A DNA stretch of 64,000 nucleotides from IMG/VR virus record IMGVR_UViG_3300024259_000010, positions 124,001 through 188,000 of that record; one strand, 5' to 3'. The position numbers and the translations under genes are program-made. Below the pieces are notes generated by a model, which saw only the letters and a program-made list of their open reading frames with translations, ran no database searches and was not told where the DNA came from. This document shows, piece by piece, positions 10,463-20,102 of the stretch (position 1 is its first letter; each line of letters opens with the position of its first letter).

Positions 10463-11437
10463 ATGAGGTATATATATTCCATAGATGAACGTGTAGCTCA
10501 TTATTCAGGTAACCCATATAACCATATATTCCATCGAAGTGATTTACCAAAAATGTTTGATTACCATAAATGGGCAGTATGTATGGGAGATGATATTGAC
10601 AATAGTGATATTGAAGATACAACGGAAATGAGCGATTATCATAAAAATTTGGTTGGATGTTATCATAGAATATATAATACTATTAATTCTGTAAAAAAAG
10701 AATATCCACATTTAAAAGATAAAAAAGCATTGGCTCATGTTTCAGATAATACAGCCTCATGGGAGATACCTATAATATGTAAAACCAGACCTATCGATAA
10801 TATTGGTGGTAATACTATAGCTCCTATCCGGATGACAAGAAATTATGGACATGTATTAGAATTACCTAGGATAGATTGTAAAGTATCGGAAAAAATACCT
10901 GGTGTTATGTGGCGTGGACTACTACATCTTAAAAAAAATTATAGACTGAATAACAGATTGTCTTTAATTGAGAAGTTTTATAATCATCCAAATGATCTAA
11001 TAAATATAAAACATACAGGGATACCATGTAATGAGTTTGTAGCAAGTGAAGAAGTACTTGGATATAAATTTGGTGATTATTTGAGTGTGGGAGAGATGCT
11101 CAAATATAGATTCAATGTATCTATAGAGGGTTGGGATATGGCATCTAATCTCCAGTGGATTCTTGCTAGCAACTCTATTGCTATGGCCCCTAAGATGGTT
11201 ATAGAGAGTTGGTTCATGGAGAGTAAGTTAGAACCATGGGTCCACTACATACCTATTGAAGATGATTGTTCAGATTTAATAGAGGTATATGAATGGGCAT
11301 TAATGCACCCAAATGCATGTGATGTGATTAATAGAAATGCTAAGATGTTTATGAATGAATTTGTAGATAAAAAACGTGAAAGAGAAATATTCTTTAGAGT
11401 AGTTAAGAAGTATCTTGAGAATTGTAATTTTGTTTAA
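10463..11437 (+). CDS. Glycosyltransferase family 90 (CAP10-like), paralog 1
   Basis: K..GVMWRG, R, MLKYRFNVSIEGWDMASNLQWILASNS, ESWFME..LEPWVHYIPI motifs. Confidence 0.85.
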   Translation: MRYIYSIDERVAHYSGNPYNHIFHRSDLPKMFDYHKWAVCMGDDIDNSDIEDTTEMSDYHKNLVGCYHRIYNTINSVKKEYPHLKDKKALAHVSDNTASWEIPIICKTRPIDNIGGNTIAPIRMTRNYGHVLELPRIDCKVSEKIPGVMWRGLLHLKKNYRLNNRLSLIEKFYNHPNDLINIKHTGIPCNEFVASEEVLGYKFGDYLSVGEMLKYRFNVSIEGWDMASNLQWILASNSIAMAPKMVIESWFMESKLEPWVHYIPIEDDCSDLIEVYEWALMHPNACDVINRNAKMFMNEFVDKKREREIFFRVVKKYLENCNFV

Positions 11438-11446
11438 GGGAGTAAT

Positions 11447-12385
11447 ATGAATTATAAATATACGATTGATGAGAGGGTAAATTTCTATTTAGGTAATATG
11501 GATAAAAGATGTTACGATTACATGAAGGATATTACACCACGTGTACGTAATTATATATATACTGTATTGATAGGAAATAATATTGACAACACTGAAGTAT
11601 TAACTGGTGGTAAGGGTGCATTAGTTAATTCATTTAAATATATAGAAGGCACTCTTAATAAATTAATCAACGATGGTGTATGTCCTATAGATAAAACAAT
11701 ATTGGTATATTTAGCGGATCAAAATAGATTACGAACATTCCCAATGATTGCTAAAACACGTTTGATTGATGATAATGGTAATATTACCATAGCACCTATT
11801 GGTAGAGCTAGACACTATGGTCCCGTAGCAGACCTGCCTAATATTGATTGTAAAGTTAGTGATAAATGTAATAAAATTGTCTGGAGAGGACATTGTCAAC
11901 CTATGAATAATATTATTCATATTAGACAAGAAGTGGTTTCTAAATTTGCCGAACATAAAAACTCTAATATAGATATTGGATATTCTTCGGGTGTAGCAAC
12001 TGGATCTACATTATTAAAGAATAAGATGACATTACGTGAATTGTTGAGATATAGATTTAATATATCATTGGAAGGAAATGATGTTGCTACCAACCTTAAG
12101 TGGATTCTTGCTAGTAATTCAATAGCCGTAGCTCCTAGGATGACAACCGAGGGTTGGTTTATGGAAAGTAAGTTAGAACCTTGGGTACACTATATACCTT
12201 TAGATGACGACTGTATGGATATAGAGGACAAGTTAAATTGGGGGATATCTAATCCTGATAAATGTATTGATATTAATAAAAATGCTAATAAGTTTATGTT
12301 AGAGTTCGTGGACATAGAACGTGAGAATGAAATATTCTACAGAGTCCTGAAATCATATATTGAAAACATACATATAAATATTTAA
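11447..12385 (+). CDS. Glycosyltransferase family 90 (CAP10-like), paralog 2
   Basis: KIVWRG, LLRYRFNISLEGNDVATNLKWILASNS, EGWFMESKLEPWVHYIPL; clearly paralogous to the upstream gene. Confidence 0.85.
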   Translation: MNYKYTIDERVNFYLGNMDKRCYDYMKDITPRVRNYIYTVLIGNNIDNTEVLTGGKGALVNSFKYIEGTLNKLINDGVCPIDKTILVYLADQNRLRTFPMIAKTRLIDDNGNITIAPIGRARHYGPVADLPNIDCKVSDKCNKIVWRGHCQPMNNIIHIRQEVVSKFAEHKNSNIDIGYSSGVATGSTLLKNKMTLRELLRYRFNISLEGNDVATNLKWILASNSIAVAPRMTTEGWFMESKLEPWVHYIPLDDDCMDIEDKLNWGISNPDKCIDINKNANKFMLEFVDIERENEIFYRVLKSYIENIHINI

Positions 12386-12398
12386 AAGAAAGTAATCT

Positions 12399-13145
12399 AT
12401 GTTAGATTTTATAATAACCGGCCCATCTAGATCAGGTACAACAGGGTTAACCTACCTATTAAATTCTAGCTCTGAAGTACTATGTGGTCATGAAACTCAC
12501 GTGTTGGATTATTGGGACAAAGATATATCAGATCGTATAAGAAATAATATATTAGAGAAAATGTTTTATTCTGACCGTACACCAAGCATACTTGATTTTA
12601 CACCGAAAGGTGTAACCCCAGATATGTTAAAGACAATAGTTGAGACAAGTTCTACTGGTAAAGAATTATTTGATAGATTAAACAGTATTGCAAAATGTAA
12701 TTGTGTTGGTGATAAAGTACCTGGATATATTGTAACCCTTCCACAAATTCTTAAAAATAACCCACAACTTAAATTACTGATATGTATTCGTGATGGTCGA
12801 TCTATACTGGCATCACATTTACGTGGTTTAGAACCCGGATGGGCTACAGACAATATAAAAGATGCAGAAGAGCGAATAGTTATCTTTATGAATATCATTA
12901 ATAATATTGAGAATCATGATAAAGTTATATATGTTCCATATGAACACTATACACAACATACTGATTTTTTGATTAGAAGACTTGAGTCGTTTCTTGATAC
13001 CAAACTATCTAACTGTAATACTGATAAATATCGTGACTATACAGATTGGGATGACGTGTTCAAACAGCTACCGAAAGATTATATGGATAAAGTATCTCCA
13101 GAATTTATAGAATATCAAAAGAAATTTGGATATTCTTTAGTGTAA
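12399..13145 (+). CDS. PAPS-dependent sulfotransferase
   Basis: 5'-PSB loop FIITGPSRSGTT, GDKVP, 3'-PB motif IRDGRSILAS, YE motif. Confidence 0.8.
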   Translation: MLDFIITGPSRSGTTGLTYLLNSSSEVLCGHETHVLDYWDKDISDRIRNNILEKMFYSDRTPSILDFTPKGVTPDMLKTIVETSSTGKELFDRLNSIAKCNCVGDKVPGYIVTLPQILKNNPQLKLLICIRDGRSILASHLRGLEPGWATDNIKDAEERIVIFMNIINNIENHDKVIYVPYEHYTQHTDFLIRRLESFLDTKLSNCNTDKYRDYTDWDDVFKQLPKDYMDKVSPEFIEYQKKFGYSLV

Positions 13146-13157
13146 ATAGAGGATGAT

Positions 13158-13277
13158 ATAATTTATAGATATTCATTAGAAGAACGTATTAATTTTTATT
13201 TAGGTAATATTGTGAAATGTAAAAATGTAACTATTATAAGTGATAACGATGAACATTATTTTAAGCTAAATATTTAA
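13158..13277 (+). pseudogene. Remnant of a third GT90 paralog (ATA in place of ATG, internal deletion)
   Basis: After a GAGGA RBS it reads (I)IYRYSLEERINFYLGN...KLNI*, compared with MNYKYTIDERVNFYLGN...HINI* of paralog 2; both end in AAATATTTAAAAG. Confidence 0.7.
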
Positions 13278-13342
13278 AAGCAATCGTTTTTATCTAAATC
13301 ATTGTATGGTGTAAATTAATTTTTAAAATAAAGGAATAATCT

Positions 13343-14188
13343 ATGAAAAATAAAAGTCTAGCATTCTCTGTTCAGACCATGCAAACTGTTCTCGGTAATG
13401 GACTAAAGTCTATTAAGCCAGACAAAGATGGTGTTTATAAAGGTGTACCATTAGCTGTAATTGGCAAACCATCTAGAAACAATGTTGTATACGATCAGAA
13501 TAGCTTTGTTGAATCTATCACTAATCCTAATACACGATTCTATAAGAGTTTAGTAGAAGGTGGTCTTGAAGGCGAGTGGGGTCATCCCATGAACATTGGT
13601 TTAAATAATAAAGATGCTATCATGCGTACCATGCAGATCGATGGTTCGAGAGTATCACATTACTTCACTAAAGTATATGCTAAGAAAACCAAAGATGGTG
13701 AGTACTACGTTGTATATGGTGACATTGTTCCTTTCGGACCTAATGGTCAGTACTTAGCTGCATCATTCCAAGACACTAAAAGAAATACTGCATTCTCTTT
13801 ACGCTCACTGACAACTGATCCTGAATCAATTGGTGGTGGTTTATGCCGTAAGAAGATCCTTGCATTAATTACTTTCGATGCTGTTAATACCCCTGGGTAT
13901 CAAGAAGCATGTAAATGCTTTATGGATACTGGCGAAGAATCATTTAAGTATGAACTTACTGAAGAGCAGATCGTATCTGCTGGTCTAGAAGACTTTGCTA
14001 CAGTTGAATGTGCTGAAGTTATTGGACAAGAAACTGTATCACATCAGTCTTTATTAGATTTACTAGAAACTGATAGCGTCACGCTTGCTACAAAAGAAAT
14101 CTCTGTTGTTGGAAACTTTGATAAGAAAACTGGTAGTATCCGTACTGGCACTTCTAATATCTCTGCGTTCCATGGTCTGTTCCGTTAA
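13343..14188 (+). CDS. Prohead (head maturation) protease, phiKZ gp175-like
   Basis: GEWGHP (His), AFSLRS (Ser), TFDAVNTPG (Asp); C-terminal G-x-E motifs (TGEE, AGLE, IGQE) consistent with autoprocessing. Confidence 0.85.
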   Translation: MKNKSLAFSVQTMQTVLGNGLKSIKPDKDGVYKGVPLAVIGKPSRNNVVYDQNSFVESITNPNTRFYKSLVEGGLEGEWGHPMNIGLNNKDAIMRTMQIDGSRVSHYFTKVYAKKTKDGEYYVVYGDIVPFGPNGQYLAASFQDTKRNTAFSLRSLTTDPESIGGGLCRKKILALITFDAVNTPGYQEACKCFMDTGEESFKYELTEEQIVSAGLEDFATVECAEVIGQETVSHQSLLDLLETDSVTLATKEISVVGNFDKKTGSIRTGTSNISAFHGLFR

Positions 14189-14208
14189 TATCAAATAGGT
14201 TTAAACAT

Positions 14209-14784
14209 ATGTTTAATAAATTACGATTAATGAAAAGAAAGTCTGTGAATTATCCGACGATCTCTCATCATAAAGATGAAGATGGAAAGTCAACATGGAT
14301 AATTTCCATTCGTGGAATTATTGGAGGACAAGAATTATATACTGATGTATGTAATATCTTACTAACAGCATCTGAAGATGATACTGTTATCATTACTTTA
14401 AATACTCCAGGGGGAGTGGTCTTTACTGGGCTAGCAATTATTCATGCTATGCAGAAAAGTAGAGCAACCGTAGTAACGAGAGTTATCGGAATGGCTGCAT
14501 CATGTGGAGCGTTAATCTGGTCATATGGACAAAAGTTAGAAATGTGTCCATTCTCTAGATTAATGTTTCACGCATCTTCTGGGGGATTCATGGGTAAGAC
14601 CCGTGATCAGAGAGATTATGCTGAAGTCACCGAAACTCTTATGAAGAGTATAAATCAACGTGCTTTAACTAAGAACATCATTACTGCAAAACAGTTTGAA
14701 GATATGTTTGAAGCACGTCAAGATGTATACTTAAATTCTAAGGATTTAGAAAACAATAACGTGGAGTTCAACTATGCATCTTAA
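14209..14784 (+). CDS. clpP: ClpP-like serine protease
   Basis: LNTPGG, GMAASCG (catalytic Ser), LMFH (catalytic His), D-x-Y-L near the C-terminus. Confidence 0.8.
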   Translation: MFNKLRLMKRKSVNYPTISHHKDEDGKSTWIISIRGIIGGQELYTDVCNILLTASEDDTVIITLNTPGGVVFTGLAIIHAMQKSRATVVTRVIGMAASCGALIWSYGQKLEMCPFSRLMFHASSGGFMGKTRDQRDYAEVTETLMKSINQRALTKNIITAKQFEDMFEARQDVYLNSKDLENNNVEFNYAS

Positions 14785-15580
14785 TTTAAATAAATTGAAT
14801 TCTGAAGGTAAAGCTGATATAATTGAACCATCACAAGAAGATCTGTTCTCAATCGAAGCAAATAATTCTCATGAAGATGAGCCTAAGCTAGATGTTGAAA
14901 TGGGTTTATCTGGAAACCTAGTTACAGTTGAAACAATGGAAGAAGAAGAGATCGTAGTAACACCTGTGATCGGAGTAGAAAACTTAGAGGATGAAATTCC
15001 TTTAGTATCTGCACCTGGTCCACAAGGTCTACCTACAGAACCTAAAGAGAAAGAACCTAATACTGTTTATGTTCTGACTCCAACTAAAGTACATGCTTAT
15101 CTACATGGTAAGTGTTCTGAATCTGTAGATACATTAATTCACTTATTATCGCAAGCGACTGAAGATACTGAAGCATATATTTCATATTGTTATCCAATGA
15201 TTGATATCTATGATGCATTAGAATTAGTTGGTGTAATCGGAGCTACTAAAGCAAAAGTTACTTTAGATATTATTGGTGTATCGAGTGTTGTAGATTTATT
15301 ACTATTGACGAATGAAGACTGTACTATTAATCTAGCACAGAATCTTATCGTCACTGGTATTAAAGAAGTTAGCTTTGGCTCTCTTTATAATCTAGAAGAA
15401 TCTTTGATCGCAACTAAGAATTATCAGGAGCTAGTATATACCTCACTGAAAGAGAATGGAATCTTATCGGATGATGAGATAGATACTCTATCTGCAAAAG
15501 GTGGTATGTTATATCTCGATAAGACAATAGTTGATTCACGTTCTAAGAAAACAACACCTGTTGAAGAACTCTCTGAATAA
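14774..15580 (+). CDS. Degenerate ClpP-fold protein with acidic N-terminal extension
   Basis: The C-terminal ~170 aa align by eye to the upstream ClpP (DALELVGVIGATKAKVTLDIIGVSS vs TGLAIIHAMQKSRATVVTRVIGMAAS) but lack the PGG and His motifs; overlaps the clpP stop. Confidence 0.5.
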   Translation: MHLNLNKLNSEGKADIIEPSQEDLFSIEANNSHEDEPKLDVEMGLSGNLVTVETMEEEEIVVTPVIGVENLEDEIPLVSAPGPQGLPTEPKEKEPNTVYVLTPTKVHAYLHGKCSESVDTLIHLLSQATEDTEAYISYCYPMIDIYDALELVGVIGATKAKVTLDIIGVSSVVDLLLLTNEDCTINLAQNLIVTGIKEVSFGSLYNLEESLIATKNYQELVYTSLKENGILSDDEIDTLSAKGGMLYLDKTIVDSRSKKTTPVEELSE

Positions 15581-15674
15581 ATATCATATAGCAGTGTAGG
15601 CATTTGCCTACACTGCTATATATTTACCCAAGTACACTATAGTATACTATTAAACAGATAAGGAGAAATCCTAT

Positions 15675-17771
15675 ATGATTTTATTCAAGAAGGATATTTT
15701 AACAAATAAATGTATTATCGACACTAAGACTAAGAATGTAAGTTTTCTTAAGATGTCTATGGTTTTAAAAAAACTAGGTGTTAAAAATAATTTATTTATG
15801 TTAGTATTATGTGACGAGACATTGCAAGGTATTGATCCACATAGTACTACATTGACAGAGAATCAACAATTACGTGTAGCTTATGAAGCTAAGATTAACC
15901 CGTGGTATTTCTTTCGAGAAGTAATTCGAATACCATCACAGGGTGGAGAGCCAGTTCGATACAAATTGAACAGAGCTAACTTAGCATTGATATGGTTATA
16001 CTTAAACAATGTTGATACATACTTAACTATGCCACGACAGATTGGTAAAACAGTTGGTGTTATTTCTATAACATCATACTTCATGTATGTATTAGGTCGT
16101 AACTCAAACGTAGCTATGTTTGCAAAAGATGCAGACTTGAGAACGGAGAACGTTAGACGTCTAAAGGATTCCAAAGAAGGACTCCCTCCATATATGGTAC
16201 AAGAAGGTTCGGCATATAACACTAATAACCAAGAGACAGTGGAATACAAACCACATAATACAAAGTACATTACTTTTGTTGCACAGTCTGATAAGAAGCG
16301 TGCAGCTAAACAAGGTCGTGGTGAATCTTTTGTATGGTCGCACTGGGATGAGTTAGCATTCTATATTAATAATAAACTTTCATATCCTTCAGCTATTGCA
16401 GCTTCGGAAACTGTTGGTGAATTAGCAAGAGACCAAGGACTACCTTGTGCAACATTGATTACTACAACGGCTGGATTCACATCTACTGCCGAAGGTAAGT
16501 ATGCACATAGTTTCAAATCTCAAGCATTACGTTTCTCTGAGAAACTTTATGATACAGAAGACAATGAATCTCTCAAAGAGATTGTTGAGAACTCTTCCGG
16601 TAACAACTTTGTGTATGTAGAATATAGTTACAAACAGTTAGGCAAAGATGAGAAATGGTTTAAGAATGTTACTCGTAATAAGCCACCTGAAGTGATATGT
16701 ATTGACTACTTAAATAAGTGGGTTCACGGCTCCGGAGAGTCTATCATATCAAAGCGTTTAATCGACTTACTGGAGAAGAACATAGAAGAACCGGTTTCAA
16801 TAACTATCGATAACGGAATAGTTATGCGATGGTTTGCAGAACAGACGGATCTAGATTCACCTATGATTAAAAATATTCCATTTATCTTATCTAGTGATAC
16901 ATCAGATAATATTGGAAAAGACTTTACAACTCTAGTATTAACTAATCCAAAAGATATGGCCGTTGTTATGACATGTCGATGTAATCAATCTAATATGGTA
17001 CTTGTTGCTAATGCTATATTTAATCTAATGCGCCGGTTCCCGAACTCAGTATTTATTCCTGAGAGAAATAGAGCTGCTACATTGATTGATGTTATTGTAC
17101 ATATGATAACAACCAAAACTGATTGGGACCCATTCAAACGTATATTCAATTACTACTTCCAAGATAAACATGACACTGTTAATGTTAGAAGTTTGGATAT
17201 TGAATTAGGTTCAGTTCGTAAGATGTTTGGTTTCAAGACTACAGGTGCTGAGAATTCTCGTAAGTTTATTTACAGTAAAGTTTTGAACACTACTATTGAA
17301 CGGAACTATATGCGTATCTTTGATAAAACTATTGTTGATGAGATATGTGACCTTGTAGTTCGTGATGGACGTATTGATCATTCCATGAGTGGTAACGATG
17401 ATACACTTATTGCATACTTAATAGGTTGTTGGTTCATCATGTATGGTAAGCATGTATATCTATATGGGATAGATTCTAATGATATATTATCTGTAAAAGA
17501 TGATGAAGATGCAGAAGCTGCTGAAAACACTGGTGCTATTAAAAACAGAATTGTTTATCTACAAGATAAATTATCATCTGGTGAAGTATCAGAGTTTATG
17601 AGACATGCATTTGAATCAGAACTTAAAGAATTAAAAACTTTAATACCTGAGGATGATGGATTATCATCAGACGTTGTTAGTATGGCACAGGTGGATAAAG
17701 TTAAATCTGTTGAATACAGAACACTTGACACAGGTGGATTATCTAATAAATTAGAATGTTTATTTAATTAA
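15675..17771 (+). CDS. terL: Terminase large subunit (phiKZ gp25-like)
   Basis: NPWYFFREV, Walker A MPRQIGKT, GRG, Walker B WDE, TTTAG, nuclease SDTSD and RIDH...NDD. Confidence 0.92.
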   Translation: MILFKKDILTNKCIIDTKTKNVSFLKMSMVLKKLGVKNNLFMLVLCDETLQGIDPHSTTLTENQQLRVAYEAKINPWYFFREVIRIPSQGGEPVRYKLNRANLALIWLYLNNVDTYLTMPRQIGKTVGVISITSYFMYVLGRNSNVAMFAKDADLRTENVRRLKDSKEGLPPYMVQEGSAYNTNNQETVEYKPHNTKYITFVAQSDKKRAAKQGRGESFVWSHWDELAFYINNKLSYPSAIAASETVGELARDQGLPCATLITTTAGFTSTAEGKYAHSFKSQALRFSEKLYDTEDNESLKEIVENSSGNNFVYVEYSYKQLGKDEKWFKNVTRNKPPEVICIDYLNKWVHGSGESIISKRLIDLLEKNIEEPVSITIDNGIVMRWFAEQTDLDSPMIKNIPFILSSDTSDNIGKDFTTLVLTNPKDMAVVMTCRCNQSNMVLVANAIFNLMRRFPNSVFIPERNRAATLIDVIVHMITTKTDWDPFKRIFNYYFQDKHDTVNVRSLDIELGSVRKMFGFKTTGAENSRKFIYSKVLNTTIERNYMRIFDKTIVDEICDLVVRDGRIDHSMSGNDDTLIAYLIGCWFIMYGKHVYLYGIDSNDILSVKDDEDAEAAENTGAIKNRIVYLQDKLSSGEVSEFMRHAFESELKELKTLIPEDDGLSSDVVSMAQVDKVKSVEYRTLDTGGLSNKLECLFN

Positions 17772-17866
17772 ATAAAGTTAGGTGTACTAGGATTAACCTA
17801 GTACACCTTTCTTTATATATTTCAAAACCATATTATGAACTAAATTTAATAATGTAAAAGGAAACT

Positions 17867-19117
17867 ATGAAACTATCATTAAAACAAGTTTTGTACGATA
17901 ACTTTGATTTTACTATTACTAAGAAGCAGTATCTAGATATACGTAGATATGTCTCAGAGTTTGAAATGCGTCCAACGCATATGATTGCTTTGAACACCGC
18001 CATGCTTGGTATCAGTAAAATGTTTTTCGTAGCAAAAGATGTAAATAAGTTATTTAATATTTTCGATGTAGAATTACGACACTTTAAAAAAACAGTGCAT
18101 ACTGCAGATTCAATCGATACATCAAGATCAGTTACAAGTGATCCATATAATATATTTGTTATGTGGCTATCACATAAGATTAGATTATCAAACTTATCTA
18201 TTAAAGAAAAAGAAGATATGCAATTCTTAATCTTCAAGATGTTACATTACAAATTCTTCACATCAGTTGTAAACCATAATCTTAAATATGGTGCAGATGA
18301 AGAAGTGATGTTCTATACAATTGATGAGCTTAGTGGTAAGTTCTATATCAAACAAAAAGAAACTCCTACCTGGAGACTTGTCATAGAAGCTAGAAGTAGA
18401 GACGTCATCTCTCATGGATCTATTCATAGTTCTGCATTGTCTACATTACATCCAGATGAAAAAGTTCTATATGTGATAACAGATATCCAGACTAGAATAA
18501 GAAAACAATTAGTAACTATCATCTATAAATTTCATGATAATAAAAAAGCTGGTAATAGAATTTCTGCTACTGGTATGTCTAATGAGATAGATGGTAAAAC
18601 TGTATTGAAAGTAGTTACTACTAATATTGATAGTATGGTGAATAAGATTTCGAATACTGTTTTAAACACCAATGAATTTATCGATGCTGATATGATCAAC
18701 GTTGCTGCTACTCTGACTAAGAATATAACACCTGATATGTTATCAACGTTGTTAATTAAATTCTCAGACTTAGCAACTACGCAACAGAAGAAAAAAGATC
18801 AGGAGCTTAAGAAGGGTGCTAATAATAAAACCATCCTAATAGGATACAAACTCCTTATTAGAAACATTATCCAGAAGACTTATAGACAGTGTATGTTGGA
18901 TAAAGATATTGATATGGGTTCACGTGTTCAGATCTTAAATAAAGCTCGCAACATATATAGAAGTTCACGTATTAGTGATAAAGATATTATCATTGTTAAG
19001 AACTCCGTTGGACATGTTGTTGATGAATTTAATATTAGTAGACGTGAGTCTACCAATTCTAGTTTAAAAATCGGCTTTATTATTTATATAATACTGCTAT
19101 CGTTTAAGGAAATGTAA
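17867..19117 (+). CDS. Conserved jumbo-phage virion structural protein (phiKZ gp32-like)
   Basis: 416 aa; VTSDPYN, YKFFTS, LSGKFYIK and YRSSR segments recalled from this family; late-type motif at 17829. Confidence 0.5.
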   Translation: MKLSLKQVLYDNFDFTITKKQYLDIRRYVSEFEMRPTHMIALNTAMLGISKMFFVAKDVNKLFNIFDVELRHFKKTVHTADSIDTSRSVTSDPYNIFVMWLSHKIRLSNLSIKEKEDMQFLIFKMLHYKFFTSVVNHNLKYGADEEVMFYTIDELSGKFYIKQKETPTWRLVIEARSRDVISHGSIHSSALSTLHPDEKVLYVITDIQTRIRKQLVTIIYKFHDNKKAGNRISATGMSNEIDGKTVLKVVTTNIDSMVNKISNTVLNTNEFIDADMINVAATLTKNITPDMLSTLLIKFSDLATTQQKKKDQELKKGANNKTILIGYKLLIRNIIQKTYRQCMLDKDIDMGSRVQILNKARNIYRSSRISDKDIIIVKNSVGHVVDEFNISRRESTNSSLKIGFIIYIILLSFKEM

Positions 19118-19118
19118 T

Positions 19119-20054
19119 ATGAAAATTGGAATAGAAGAAGCTACTACTGATAGTGTGTCTTTAGATATTGCTTACAATGCTTTAGTAGAAGATGCTGAGG
19201 CAGGATTTGAAGGAATGTTTGTTCAAGAGTTGTTCAATGGTGAACCATTCTCACATGCATTCCTAGCAACATTGATCCGTTTAGAAACACGTTTAAATAG
19301 AAACATAAATCAGTATGCAGAGATAACTGATAAAGTTGAAAAGAAATTAATGGAAAGTAAGTCTATTCATTTATTACGGCATAAAGATACCATAGAATTG
19401 ATCGATGGACTTGAAGCTCTTCAGGATGTGATATTAGACATTACTGGTAAGGGTACTAACTTGTCACAGAAAGACATTGTTACTGCGTTGAAAAAGCTTG
19501 GTATCGATGGTGGTAAAAATCCATATGATAGAACTAATTGGACATTAGCTTCTAGTGGAGCTGCTGTACGACTAGGCGCTGTACTACTAGGCTTTGGTGT
19601 AACAAGTGGTAATCCATTTGTATTCGTTGCTGGTGCAGTTGCTATTGCTGCTGGTAAAACAAAAAGAAGTATCCGACAATATTCTATTCAGGATAGAGGT
19701 TGGGATTTAGATAAACTTACTGATGCCAATAAGCGTACACTTTCTCTTATTGAAAATCATAAGAAGGTTATAGCTAAAATTAAAACTGCTGCTCATACTA
19801 ATGTAAGTGACAATGTTGCTGAACAAAAGAAAGATGAGTTTAAAGCTGCTGGTATAATCATGAAAAAGGTTATCAAGTTCTACAAGAAAACAATTGCGGT
19901 TGTTGCACGTGGTCTTGGTAATGCTAATATTGATAAAATTGAATTCAAACGTGGTATGAAGGATAGTCTTCTTAATAGAGATTCAGATCTTGGTGAGAAG
20001 AAAGAAGAAACTTCAGACCTCTATGATGATGGTGACGGTGGTTCTGACTGGTAA
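19119..20054 (+). CDS. Putative internal head/ejection protein
   Basis: N-terminal IGIE and AGFE cleavage-type motifs; central hydrophobic/Gly-Ala hairpin (GAAVRLGAVLLGFG...FVFVAGAVAIAAG). Confidence 0.5.
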   Translation: MKIGIEEATTDSVSLDIAYNALVEDAEAGFEGMFVQELFNGEPFSHAFLATLIRLETRLNRNINQYAEITDKVEKKLMESKSIHLLRHKDTIELIDGLEALQDVILDITGKGTNLSQKDIVTALKKLGIDGGKNPYDRTNWTLASSGAAVRLGAVLLGFGVTSGNPFVFVAGAVAIAAGKTKRSIRQYSIQDRGWDLDKLTDANKRTLSLIENHKKVIAKIKTAAHTNVSDNVAEQKKDEFKAAGIIMKKVIKFYKKTIAVVARGLGNANIDKIEFKRGMKDSLLNRDSDLGEKKEETSDLYDDGDGGSDW

Positions 20055-20102
20055 AATAAAAGTAATAGCTAGTGCATTACGCACTAGCTATTACTTTATT
20101 AC

